The notes under the pieces are model-generated. The model ran no database searches, had not been told where the DNA came from, and worked only from the letters and a program-made list of their open reading frames with translations. The position numbers and the translations under genes were made by a program. Positions 11,430 through 22,171 of a DNA stretch of 64,000 nt are shown piece after piece (position 1 is the stretch's first letter; each line of letters starts with the position of its first letter). This DNA comes from Chiloscyllium plagiosum (taxonomy: Eukaryota): positions 53,915,605 to 53,979,604 of the forward strand of contig NC_057718.1 in assembly GCF_004010195.1 (NCBI RefSeq). The letters are read 5' to 3'.

Positions 11430-12940
11430 ACAGGTAATGTCCTTCTATGTAGGAAGCAATGGTTCCAACAGTCCAGCAAATCCTGTGATCATCGATCTGC
11501 CTCCAGGGACAGGTTACCCGCTGCCATGGGGACCCAAGCCCCGTATCCTAGGTTCTGCTGGACAAATATGTACTACATCACAATAGCACTTGGTCCGAGA
11601 ACCAAAGGTATTGCAACGGTAAATATACCGTGTACTGCAGGTGCCCTTTCCCATAGTGATCGAATGCACCCAGACAGAGTTTAAAAAGACACACACATTG
11701 GCCATTCAGAAGTCTTAGAACTCAAAACACACTCCATAGATGACTTTGCCCTCCAACTTGCCTGTCTTTCTGTATAGGCCCGAATTGTTTGGTGACAGCA
11801 TCATAGACACGTCTAAGCTCCATGTCTGTGCTGAGAGCCTGTCGTATCATCTTGAAGTAAGACGAACAATAGGTAAATATGGCATTAGGTCATTTCCTCC
11901 TCCTTGCTCAACATCCTTTTTGTTTCACAGCCTCTGGGCCAGAAATCCAACTGCAAATGTGGACATACAACACATAGAGGGGGCAATACGTTAGGACTTT
12001 AAAGGATTCTGCACCTTTGTACCCTGTTCAGTTAATGGCCCTGTGTTCAATGTTCTTTCCCGTTTAAAATATCAGTGGGTGCTGTAGCACCCTCACTGAC
12101 GAGTCAAATCATGGAACCCACCCACTCTGAGTGATGGCACAGCTATTTTCATCACCGGAGCATGTTTTTGATATCAAGGCTGGTGAAAGGTGTCAGTGAG
12201 AGTTGCTCTATTAGTGACCTCCAGTCTAATCTGAACATGTCGCTGAGTCCCCAAACATTCACATTCCCTTCCATGTGGCCCACCCCACCACAGGCTTCAC
12301 ACCTCTCCAATTCCCCAAGCTGTCTGTGTGCACATACACATGACCATCTCTCCCGCCCTGCCCCTGGCACAATAGGGAACCAGGCCAGATATGGTCCTTC
12401 ACTGACCCCACCCCTGCCCCCTTGAAGCCAGAGTACTCCTGGCTGTGTACAAGCCTATCTTGTCATCCCCCCATTCTATCCAGCCTGCAGCCCCCAGTCG
12501 TGGAGACCAAGTGTCAAATCTCATTAAGGCAGCAATAGCAGCCCCTGTCACGTCCCCACCACTCCAGCCCCACAAAAGCTATTTCCCTACATTTGAACGG
12601 AATTGATGCAATGGACTGACTGTTGTTCACCACCTTGACCAAACAAATCAGACAGCCCAGGACACTGAGGCAGTACATTTCAAAAGCATTAGCCTTACCA
12701 CTCAAAATGGTGGCTAAGGAGCCACAGGATTGTCTATGACCCAGTCCCTAAGCTGCAGAAGCACAGACCCCAGCCTGTCCTACTCTATAACATCCTGAGC
12801 AGATGCCTGACTGTGGCCAATTGCATGGACTGGTATGGGAGGCTGCCTTTGCTTACTGTGTCAGGATCTCCCTGCCACCTCCCCACTGACTAACAGCCTC
12901 CATGGATTTCACTGAGACTTTGAGGCACAGATGTTTGCTT
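11430..12940. mobile_element. Possible very old PIF/Harbinger DNA transposon relic
   Basis: + strand broken frames give VIECTQ (cf. IDCTH), HSI....QLAC (cf. HSINVQ.VCD), GDSII and RNPT in the expected order. The - strand near 12860-12940 gives a weak Myb/SANT-like start (SVKSMEAV....REIL). Confidence 0.3.
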
Positions 12941-13334
12941 GTTGCACATGCAGTTTGTTTGCCATGTAAGCTGCCGACACATGGTGCCAATGCGTGTTTG
13001 ACATAGTACACTGTCATACAGCAAGATGTCTGCCCCATTGTTTGAGGACCAAGATCTACCTGGTTGTGTGACTGCACTAATTGGCATGGCAAAACCAGGC
13101 AAGGCAAAGCAATGCTGTGCAGGTAGGCACTCAGTGAGAAAGCACTAACAGAACAAGTGAGAAGCCCTTGGTTCTGTCTGGTCCGGTCTGTGAGCTTGGT
13201 CTCTGACCATGCATGCAGAGTGTCCCTGCTACAGCTTTTCAATTCTAGTTGCCAGTGCACCCTGCAATGCTAGTCTGTGCTTCCATGATGGTTCTGAGAC
13301 AGGGTGGGAGAGGTGTAGTCCAGGTAGCTGTGGG

Positions 13335-14530
13335 AGTTGGGACCGACTCAACACAGACATCCACTATAAACCCATCAATTCCCACAGCTATCTGGGCTAC
13401 ACCTCCTCCCACTCTGCCTCCTATAAAAACACTATCACCGATTCCCAATTCTTCCGCCTCCGCCATATCTACTTCCAGGAGGACCAATTCCACCATAGAA
13501 CATCCCAGCCGGCCTCCTTCTTCAAAGACCACAATTTACCCTCCCAAGTGGTCGACTATGCCCTCCAGCACATCTCCTCCACTTCTCGCACTTCCGTCCT
13601 TGAACCCAACCCTCCAACTGCAACAAGGATGGAAGCCTCCCTAGAGCACACCTTTCACCCCACCAACATCTGGGTACACCACATCATCCACTGCCGTTTC
13701 TGCTACCTACAAACAGACCATACCACCAGAGGTATATTTCCTTCCCCACCCCTATCTGCATTTCAAGAGACCATTCCCTCCACAACTCTGTTGTCAGGTC
13801 CACACTCCCCACCAACCCCCTCCTGGCACCTTCCCTTGTCATTGAAGGGAGTGCAAGACCTGCACCCACACCTCCCCCTCATCTCCGTCCAAGGCCCCAA
13901 AGGATCATTCCACATCCGACAGAAATTTACCTGTACTTTCACACACGTCATCTGCTATATCCATTGCACCCAATGTGGTCTCCTCTACATTCGAGAGACA
14001 GGACACCAACTTGCGGATCATTTCAGAGAACATCTCTGGGACACCCGCACCAATCAACCTCATCACCCTGTGGCCAAACACTTCAACTCCCGCTCCCACT
14101 CTGCCAAGGACATGCAGGTCCTGGGCCTCCTCCATCACCAAACCCAATGCCTGGAGGAAGAACGCATCACCTTCCGTCTTGGGACCCTCCAACCACATGT
14201 GGATTTCACCAGTTTCCCCATAACCCTCCCACCACTTTATCCCAGTCCCAAGTCAGCACCACCCTCTTGAATGGTCCTACCTGCCCATCTTCCTTCCCAT
14301 CTATCTGCTTCACCCTCCTCTCCAGCCTATCACCTTCACCCCCACCTGCAGCTACTTATCGCATTCCTAGCTACCTTCACCCCCCCAGCCCCACCCCTTT
14401 CCTATTTATCTCTCAGCCCCATTGGCCTACAAGCCTCATTCCTGATGAAGGGCTTATTCTGAAACGTCAACTCTCCTGCTCCATGGATGCTGCCTAACCT
14501 GCCGTGCTTTTCCAGCACCACATTCTTTTC
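13335..14530 (+). mobile_element. Penelope-like retroelement 3' part: RT thumb, linker, GIY-YIG endonuclease and pseudo-LTR
   Basis: ORF 13209-14270 contains TDIHYKPINSHSYLGYTSSH..SQFFRLRHI and FTC....VICYIHCTQCGLLYIRETGHQLADHFREH...VAKHFN. The middle is frameshifted. The pLTR has a hammerhead core at 14442-14468. Confidence 0.92.
14442..14468 (+). ncRNA. Minimal hammerhead ribozyme motif (weakened stems)
   Basis: CTGATGA-agggcttattct-GAAA-CGTC; core boxes and GUC triplet intact, helices I and II degraded. Confidence 0.6.
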
Positions 14531-14764
14531 CACACACTGCTGGCTTAATCTCAAAGTTAGGACTAAATTTGAAAAAGTTTTGCTATCATGAGCATCAAAG
14601 TGGTTGAGATATATTGAAATAGGAATGTTATCCCCGCTAGCGTAGGGTTCAGCTCACCAAATTAATCTGTACATTTCAACCTGTCATCATAAAAAAATTT
14701 CAAATCATATGTAATTAAATCCCCCACCCACCAGGTTTCCTGCTCCCGGAGGCCAAATTAAATT

Positions 14765-14960
14765 CCACCCTCAGAGTCAGCAGGGTATGGATTCAAGCCT
14801 AAGTGTGGGATTTCAGCAGATCATCTTGGCTGACATTTCTATGTAAGCGAGTGCTGCATTGATGGAGGGATGACCTTTCCAATGAGGCTCCTGAAACAAG
14901 ACTTTGCCAGTGGAGTTAGATCTGAAAGATGTCACAACAGAAATCAAAAACACCATAGAA
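14765..14960 (+). mobile_element. Degraded Deu-domain-type SINE
   Basis: ggattcaagcc...ggctgacatt...gagtgctgcattgatggaggg..cctttccaatgag resembles the Deu-SINE core and the copy at 18125-18354. Confidence 0.45.
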
Positions 14961-14961
14961 A

Positions 14962-16690
14962 TTTGGCAAAAAAACCTCTTTATTCCTACTCTCAGTTTCT
15001 TGTCTGCCAACCGGTTTTTCTATCCATCTCAGCACAATACCCGTAATCCCACAGTTTAATTTTGCACACTAATCTCTTTTGTGGGACTTCATCAAAAGCT
15101 TTCTGAAAGTCCAAATAAACCATATTTATTGGTTTAGCCTCATCAATTTTACAAGTTACATCCTCAAAGAATTCCAGGAGATTTGTCAAGCATGCTTATC
15201 CTTCAGTAAATCCCTGCTGGCTCTATCCAATTCTGTCACTGTTTGCCAAATGCTCAGCTATAATTCTTCTGTAATGGACTCTAGCATATTCCCCACAACT
15301 GATGCCCGGTTGACTGGTTTATAATTTCTGTTTTTCTCTCTCTCTTCCTTTTTAAATAGTGGGGTTACATGATTTACTCTCCAATCTGTAGAATCTTTGA
15401 AGATGACTACTAATGAATCCACCATTTCTTGGGCTATTTCCTTAATTAATCTGGGATGTAACTTTTCTGGCCCTGAGAATTTGTCAGCTTTTAATCACAA
15501 GTTTCGTCAATGCCATTTCCCTAATAATGCTGAATTCCTTCATTACCTCATTAAACCCGGTGTACCCCAACATTTTTGGAATGTTTATGTGTCCTCCTTT
15601 ATGAAAACAGGACAAAAGTAAGTTGGTCATTCATTTTTTTGTTACACATTATAAATTTCTTTCTTTCTGCAAGGGAATGACATTTATCTCTTTGTCTTCA
15701 AATACCTGTAGAAGCTTTCAGTTTTTATGTTCTCCATGCGCATACTCAAGTACTCTATGTTCACCGTCTTAATCAATCCCTTTGCCTTCCTTTTTACTGA
15801 ATTATAAACTAGTCCGACTGCTCAGGGTCTGACATTTTTTTCTCAGGCAAATTTGTATGCCTCTTCTTTGGATCGAACGCTCACTCTAATTTTCTTTGTA
15901 AGCAATGGTAAGGCCTCATTTCCCATTTATATTTTGCATTGGACAGAAATGAATAATACTACAGTTCACCCATATGCCCTTTGAATGATTGGCATTGCCT
16001 TTCCACCACCAAACTTTTAAGTAACGTTCCCCAACTATCACAGCCAATTCCTGACTCATACCATCGTCAGTTTAGATTCAGGACACAAATCTCAGAATCA
16101 ATTGCATCACTCTCTATCTTGATGAGGAACTCTACACAATTATGGTTTCTCATCCCCAAGGGACCTCACATGCCTAAACTGGCAATTATTCCCTTCTTAT
16201 TCCATTCTCATTCAGATTAGGGTGGCCTGTTTTCTGGTTGGTTCCTTGATGTATTGGTCCAGAAAACCATTCCACATACACTCCAGGAATTTTTCTTCTA
16301 CAGTGTTGTTACAAATTTGATTTGCCCAATCCAAATGCAAAATAAAGTCACCCTTAATTCCAGTTTTTTTTTTAACGAGTCTGTAATTTACTGTTTAATG
16401 CCTTTCCCAACATCACCCTGACAGTTTGGGGGTCTGTATATAACTCTCAATAATGGTTTTGCTCCTTTGTGGTTTTCAGTTTCCATCCATCCAGTTTCTA
16501 TCTACATCATTGGAGTTAGTATCCTTCCCCAGTATGGTATAAAATTCCTCTCACACCAGCAATCCAACTCCATGACCCTTTTCATTTTTGTCTGTCCTTC
16601 CTAAATACTGAACACCCCCTGAATATTCAGTCTCCATCCCTGGTCACCCTAAAGCCAAGAGATAGAGGAGATCCAGGCACAGGGGGTTTT
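14962..16690 (-). pseudogene. CR1 LINE ORF2 fragment (endonuclease to RT), frameshifted
   Basis: ORF 14992-15189 TNLLEFFEDVT.KID....NMVYLDFQKAFDEVP; degraded upstream ORF2 continues to ~16690. Confidence 0.88.
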
Positions 16691-16694
16691 CGGA

Positions 16695-16860
16695 TAGCAG
16701 GATTGCTGGATGCCACAGGACCATTGATCATCTCCTCTGTGATCTCCATCCAGGTCACCTTAGTCAAATGGGAGAATGTTGTGTTACCAAATCTGGCAAA
16801 GAATACATCCCAGCATGCCACATTGGCCAAGAGGAGAGGGATGTCACAAAACATGTAGCC
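16695..16860 (-). mobile_element. Myb/SANT-like fragment of the kind carried by Harbinger elements
   Basis: ORF 16627-16854 FCDIPLLLANV...DVFF..FG......LTKVTWMEITEEM fits the F(S)..L..L...V....L.......K..W..I...V pattern of NAIF1/Harbinger Myb-like domains. Confidence 0.45.
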
Positions 16861-17223
16861 ATTTTCTGTCTTTGTACTGACATCTCCACAATCCTAGTCA
16901 TGTTAATGGAGCCATCCATGACAGTAGCTGAAAAGCATGTTTTGTGACTATGAGTATGCCAGGATTTTGCTTGATTATTTTGTTAATCTGCTTTCTCATT
17001 CTTCAAATGTGTCCCCAAATGTTTGAAGGGCAAACATTGCAGAGTGACTGAGGAGGATGAGCCCTTATTGCTTCCAATGCCTAGGTTAATTCTACTGCCA
17101 GAATTTCCATCCAGTTCAATTGTTCGTTTACCTTCTTACAGTAGTTTGTTTTACAACTGTGTGGTTTTCTAGGCCATGTCAGAGGCCAGTTGAACATCCA
17201 CAACATTGCTGGGGTCTGAACTT

Positions 17224-18413
17224 TGTTACAACACAGCAGGGAATCTCTCTGTTAATTAAACCAAACACCCAGAAAAGCTCACCTCATCTCATTATCTATT
17301 AAAAATATGAGTGACAGACAACTCCCAAATTCCACTATTTAAAGAAATTAATATCAACTTATTCCTTAACTCTAAAAGTGAGTATTAAACAACTATTCAC
17401 AACTCTAAGTCCCTTTGAAAAAAACTGTTTGTTATCCTCCTTCAACTCTATAACAATACATCATTCCAATAAAAAAATCATTAAAATTACATCAACTTAA
17501 TTTCAAAACCACACAGTGGCTGTGGTTTCAGGTGTCCTTCTTCTTTCATCTAAAGATCTCCCTGGGCCATCTTCTGTCTTTTACTGCGATGATGTTTCAT
17601 ATGAAAAAGGTACCTTTGATAGAGCGGGTTTTTGGATGGCAGTCTTTCTTGATGGCAGTTACTTTCTGTCTGAATTTCAAAATGGCTTCCAACGGATTGT
17701 CTCATTGATTCAAGGTTGACAAAAACAATAAATCCAAACTCAATTGGGTTTCAGTATCCTGGGGCATGATGTAAACTGATTGGTTAGATTTGAATTGTTG
17801 TCAAGACAGCAACCAACTCAGGTATCTATTTCACAGCCAAATGTTACATATTTTGAATTTTCCAGTAGAGTCTGAAATGGCTAGTTTGTCATATGGCAGG
17901 TGCCTGATTTTCCAGCGGACCCCAAACTTTTACATTTTTTTTCTTATTATTTACAACTTCTGTCATTAATTTAGGTACTATGGTATAGCAACTTCTAAAA
18001 CTTTTCGCTGAATATTTTTTGTAAAAATACATGTGACAATAAATTGCCATTCTATTCTATGTAATGAGTTATGCAAAGAGGAAGATTCCTTTGATCACCA
18101 GACTAAATTGTGTTAATCCCAGTCAGTTGGCAGCTCTGTTTTCTTTGCATCAAAAAGCTGTGTTCAAGTTCTAACCCGGAGTCTTGAATACCAAAAAATT
18201 CAGCTGACACTCTAGAGTTTTACTGAGGGAATGCTACAATTTTGGAAGAGCTGCATATTGGACAAGATGGTAACCAAGGCCCAGTTTGACTAAGCTGGAC
18301 TTGGAAGCTCCCACAGCGAGCCCATGTAAAAACAACAGCATTATCCATGGTGTCAGCAAAACAGCATTCACTCTCTCTTAAAGGTACAAGTACACATCTT
18401 TAACTTCATAACA
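17224..18413. mobile_element. Solo LTR (Gypsy-like 4-bp TSD), interrupted by an inverted duplication
   Basis: Begins TGTTA (17224) and ends TAACA (18413); flanked by ACTT at 17220-17223 and 18414-18417. Confidence 0.7.
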
Positions 18414-18423
18414 ACTTGTATTT

Positions 18424-18650
18424 AGGACAGGTTGGGTCCAAACAGAATGTTTCCTCCCTTAAAGGGCAGCAGTGAATCAGATTGACCTTTACAACAATCC
18501 AGTAGTTTCATGGTCACATTATTGAGATAATTTTTTTATTGTAAATTTAATTTAAATTCTGGCAGCTGCCATGGTTGGCTTTGTGCTTATACCTGTGGAG
18601 CATTGGTCTAGGTCCCTGGATTACTGGTCCTGTAACATTACCATTACATT
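18424..18650 (-). mobile_element. Second tRNA-derived SINE family, degraded copy
   Basis: tttcctcccttaaagggcagcagtgaatcagat...ttcatggtca...ctggattactggtcc matches 8008-8318. Confidence 0.65.
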
Positions 18651-18659
18651 CTCATTACA

Positions 18660-18990
18660 GGATATGAAGCCACCAAACAAGGGCTCAGAACCTTCCGCAA
18701 ACAGTAATGTTAAAACAAAATAATTTGTTTTTACGCAATACTTATTGAAGGAAAACTATTGGCAAAGACACCATGGATAACGCTGTTGTGTTTACATGGG
18801 TTCACTGTGGGAGCTTCCAAGTCTAGCTTAAATGTCAAACTGGGCCTTGGTTACCGTCTTGTCCAATATGCAGCTCTTCCAAAATTGTAGCATTCCCTCA
18901 GTAAAACTACAGTGTCAGCTGAATTTTTTGGTATTCAAGACTCCAAGTTAGAACTTGAACACACAACTTTTTGATACAAAGAAAACTGAC
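18660..18990 (-). mobile_element. Deu-domain-type SINE (partly duplicated at 18125-18354 on +)
   Basis: Minus strand gctgacactgtagttttactgagggaatgctacaattttggaagagctgcatattggacaagacggtaaccaaggcccagtttg resembles the Deu-SINE core, continuing into ggtgtctttgccaatagttttccttcaa. Confidence 0.6.
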
Positions 18991-19061
18991 TGGGATTAAC
19001 ACAATTTAGTCTAGTGATCAAAGGAATCTTCCTCTTTGCATAACTCATTACATAGAATAGA

Positions 19062-19745
19062 ATGGCAATTTATTGTCACATGTATTTTTACAAAAAATAT
19101 TCAGCAAAAAGTTTTAGAAGTTGCCATACCATAGTACCTAAATTAATGACAGAAGTTGTAAATAAGAAGAAAAAACATGTAAAAGTTCGGGGTACGCTGG
19201 AAAATCAGGCTGAAACTGTTATGTAGGGCTGAGCTAAAACCACCGCGCAGGGCCAAGCTGTGACCTCCACACCAGGACTAGACATCCACACTGGGCCGCT
19301 GGAAGACCCAGAAGCCAGCTCCAAAGCCAAGAGGAGACCTCCACAGCAGGAATAGGCCTACACGCTGGGCTGCTGGAATAACTGGAATCTGCTGAAGATC
19401 TCCACAACGGGCCGAGACCTCCACACTGGGATAAGACTGCCATGCCAGGCCAAGACCAGTCCAGGCCCCTCCTGGGCTGGTCTGCCTCACCAGGGGACAC
19501 CATCCTGCCAGGTGCCAGGCCCATATCTCAATTCTGGACCGTTGGAAGTGACTGTGTCGCTGGAACTGGGCCGTGGGAAGACGCCACCTGCCAAAGTCAT
19601 TGAAAGAAGGTAAGATAGCATAATAAATGAAAGCATTAAAAGATCATATAAAGGAAAGAAATAATGAAGTAGACTGAATAGACAAGCTCCAGGCTCCTGG
19701 GCTGAGGAGCCCACACATTGTACTGCTATTCCGCCGCCATCTTGG
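19062..19745 (-). mobile_element. Non-coding, probably non-autonomous Rex1/Babar-related retroelement
   Basis: 5' end ccaagatggcggcgg; internal 19-bp repeats; 3' end acatgtgacaataaa plus (tctat) tail like the Rex elements at 41560 and 45930; flanking direct repeat tagaataga (19053-19061, 19749-19757). Confidence 0.65.
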
Positions 19746-20808
19746 ATGTAGAATAGACTCTCAGCAAAAGGTACAACTTAAGTTACTTATTTCCTATTAA
19801 ACAGACTGTAAAAATATGTTGTTAAGAGCAGTTGTGAAGATTTTAAGGATAAGTACAGGAAGAAATGATCACCTTCACTTTGCTATACAACAATTTCCAT
19901 ACTGAGAGAGCTATAGTGTAATCATTTGTAGATTTTATCATCCTGAACTTTTTATCTGCAGTTTAATTTCTTACTTTCCATTATTTCTGCAGTGATTCTA
20001 TCTTTGAAAGAAAAGTCACCACGATCAGTATATGCAAGCAATGCTAGCAGATTAATTAATCAAACTTGCCAGATGCATTGAATCATAAACCCAGGTTAAT
20101 CTTATCCTTAGCTCAGTATGATTAATAAGTCTAGTACACTTACTGGTGTTAAGAGTAAAACTGAGTCACTTTTAGTTTCCCTATGGTCAAAACCACTATC
20201 GCCAGAGAATGGCATCACATTGAGCAGGAGGTGGTAGCCCAAGCTTAACCATTGTGCCAACCCTACAGGACATGAGGAAAGATGTGGGGTAAGTATTATG
20301 CTTTAAGAAATTCTGCAAGACATGCCTATCTAACAGTATCAGGTGGATGCCCACATGGTAAATAATATGGGGCATTGTTCTGTTCAATATTCGGTGCTCA
20401 ACCATACCAATTCTTCATCCAAACATGCAATATTTTCCTGGTATCTTATGCATATCCAAACCTCAAGTTACAACTTTTCAAGAACTTCTTCCAACAAAAC
20501 CACTGGAACACAAACATTTCCATTTCCTGACATCCAGAATAGGCTTCAGCTTAGACACATGTAAACCATCATTGACACACTATACATTCTGGTCTTCCTC
20601 TGCAGGGATACATGCTTATCCTTGTCATGATACGCTGAGCAGCAAAAAAATAAAATCAAAACACTGATCATGTTGATCAATGCTTATTTAATGTTGAAAC
20701 TTTATTGGAAATGTTATGATGTGTGATGTCCTTTGAAGATCACTACGATGTGGAAAGTAACCTGTATGAGGCTTAAGTTTTTCATGATCATAGCATTGTA
20801 TGGTTCCA

Positions 20809-20990
20809 GGAGAAAGTGAGGGCTGCAGATGCTGGAGATCAGAGCTGAAAATGTGTTGTTGGAAAAGCGCAGCAGGTCAGGCAGCATCCAAGGAGCAGGA
20901 GAAGAAGGGCTCATGCCCAAAACGTCGATTCTCTTGCTCCTTGGATGCTGCCTGACCTGCTGCGCTTTTCCAGCAACACATTTTCAGATC
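20809..20990. mobile_element. Fold-back (palindromic) Penelope pseudo-LTR relic
   Basis: ctgaaaatgtgttgttggaaaagcgcagcaggtcaggcagcatccaaggagc followed by its reverse complement; 11-bp TSD gtatggttcca (20798-20808, 20991-21001). Confidence 0.9.
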
Positions 20991-21133
20991 GTATGGTTCC
21001 AAGCAATGACAATGAAATGAAAGGTTGCCATAGGGATGAACAGCTAAAAAGGATAGGATAAATAGAAAGCTAATTGCAGTAGCCACAGTTTAGTCAGAGA
21101 TTTCTGTTGGCTATTCAGAACATACTTAAAATT

Positions 21134-21483
21134 CAAAGTTTGTGAGAAGATTTGTAGCTCGGATGCTCGTTGCTGTGGTTCTGTTCGCCGAGCTGGAAGG
21201 TTTTGTTGCAAACGTTTCGTCCCCTGTCTAGGTGACATCCTCAGTGCTTGGGAGCCTCCTGTGAAGCGCTTCTGTGGTGTTTCCTCCGGCATTTATAGTG
21301 GCCTGTCCCTGCCGCTTCCGGTTGTCAGTTTCAGCTGTCCGCTGTAGTGGCCGGTATATTGGGTCCAGGTCTATGTGTTTGTTGATGGAGTTTGTGGATG
21401 AGTGCCATGCTTCTAGGAATTCCCTGGCTGTTCTTTGTTTCGCTTGCCCTATAGTGGTAGCTCGGCAAACAGAACCACAGCAA
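21134..21483 (-). mobile_element. Penelope-like element: pLTR plus GIY-YIG C-terminus (left arm of composite)
   Basis: Reverse complement of 21880-22171; ends with a short re-inverted terminus agctcggcaaacagaaccacagcaac (21459-21484). Confidence 0.9.
21208..21247 (-). ncRNA. Minimal type I hammerhead ribozyme, intact
   Basis: Minus strand GCA-CUGAGGA-u-GUCACCU agac AGGGGAC-GAAA-CGUU-UGC; identical to 22095-22134. Confidence 0.8.
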
Positions 21484-21484
21484 C

Positions 21485-21760
21485 ATTATACTGTGTCTAC
21501 CATGCATTTGCCCACCTACTCAGCCTGTCCAAATCATCCTGAACTATCTCTGCTCATCCTCAGAGCTCACCCTCTCATCCAGCTTTGTGTCATCTCCAAA
21601 TTTGGGGATATTTCATTAGTTCCCTCAGCAATATATACTGTGATAGTTGGCTTACATAAGAACAGAAGAACTAGGAGGAGGAGTAGACCATCTGGCCCTT
21701 CGAGCCTGCTCCGCCAATCAAAAGATCATGGCTGATCTTTTTGTGGACTCGCATTGATCT
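21485..21760 (-). mobile_element. Two CR1-derived fragments forming the spacer of the Penelope composite
   Basis: catttgcccacctactcagcctgtccaaatc...ctttgtgtcatctccaaatt (RT region) and aggaggagtagaccatctggcccttcgagcctgctccgcca...gatcatggctgatc (3' UTR, cf. 42655-42720). Confidence 0.7.
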
Positions 21761-21761
21761 C

Positions 21762-22171
21762 CAGGAAGACAGCTAATGATCCGCATCCACGAACATCAAC
21801 TAGCCACGAAACGACATGACCAGCTATCCCTAGTAGCCACACACGCAGGCGACAAGCAACATGAATTTGACTGGGACAACACTACTATCATAGGGCAAGC
21901 CAAACAAAGAACAGCCAGGGAATTCCTAGAAGCATGGCACTCATCCACAAACTCCATCAACAAACACATAGACCTGGACCCAATATACCGGCCACTACAG
22001 CGGACAGCTGAAACTGACAACCGGAAGCGGCAGGGACAGGCCATTATAATTGCCGGAGGAAACACCACAGAAGCGCTTCACAGGAGGCTCCCAAGCACTG
22101 AGGATGTCACCTAGACAGGGGACGAAACGTTTGCAACAAAACCTTCCAGCTCGGCGAACAGAACCACAGCA
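21762..22171 (+). mobile_element. Penelope-like element: GIY-YIG C-terminus plus pLTR (right arm of composite)
   Basis: ORF 21776-22114 RIHEHQLATKRHDQLSLVATH....HEFDWDNTTII......REFLEAWHS..NSINKHIDLDPIY is typical of the Penelope endonuclease C-terminus. Confidence 0.92.
22095..22134 (+). ncRNA. Minimal type I hammerhead ribozyme, intact
   Basis: gca-ctgagga-t-gtcacct-agac-aggggac-gaaa-cgtt-tgc: both core boxes, 7-position helix II with one A.G mismatch, palindromic ACGU helix III, GUU triplet, 3-bp helix I. Confidence 0.82.

Larger units (their letters stand above)
17902..19210. repeat. Long inverted repeat: arms 17902-18354 and 18767-19210, spacer 412 bp
   Basis: The arms align end to end as reverse complements (gcctgattttccagc / gctggaaaatcaggc; ttatccatggtgtc / gacaccatggataa) with scattered substitutions and a ~12-bp indel. 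Confidence 0.97.

Noticed and set aside
11270..11433. Exon-like segment (aag|acagct...acag|gtaatg; TALQLAKEEMLQ...)
   Set aside because: Splice-like ends are present, but it lies after the candidate poly(A) site and adjoins a probable transposon relic. There is no recognisable protein similarity.
13209..14270. 353-aa ORF, the longest in the window, as a novel gene
   Set aside because: It is a Penelope RT-thumb/GIY-YIG fragment with out-of-frame middle segments. The N-terminal ~45 aa is flanking DNA, and the GIY-YIG motifs are degenerate.
19262..19435. CRISPR-like repeat array
   Set aside because: The units are degenerate 19-mers without unique constant-length spacers, there are no cas genes, and the context is a vertebrate retroelement.
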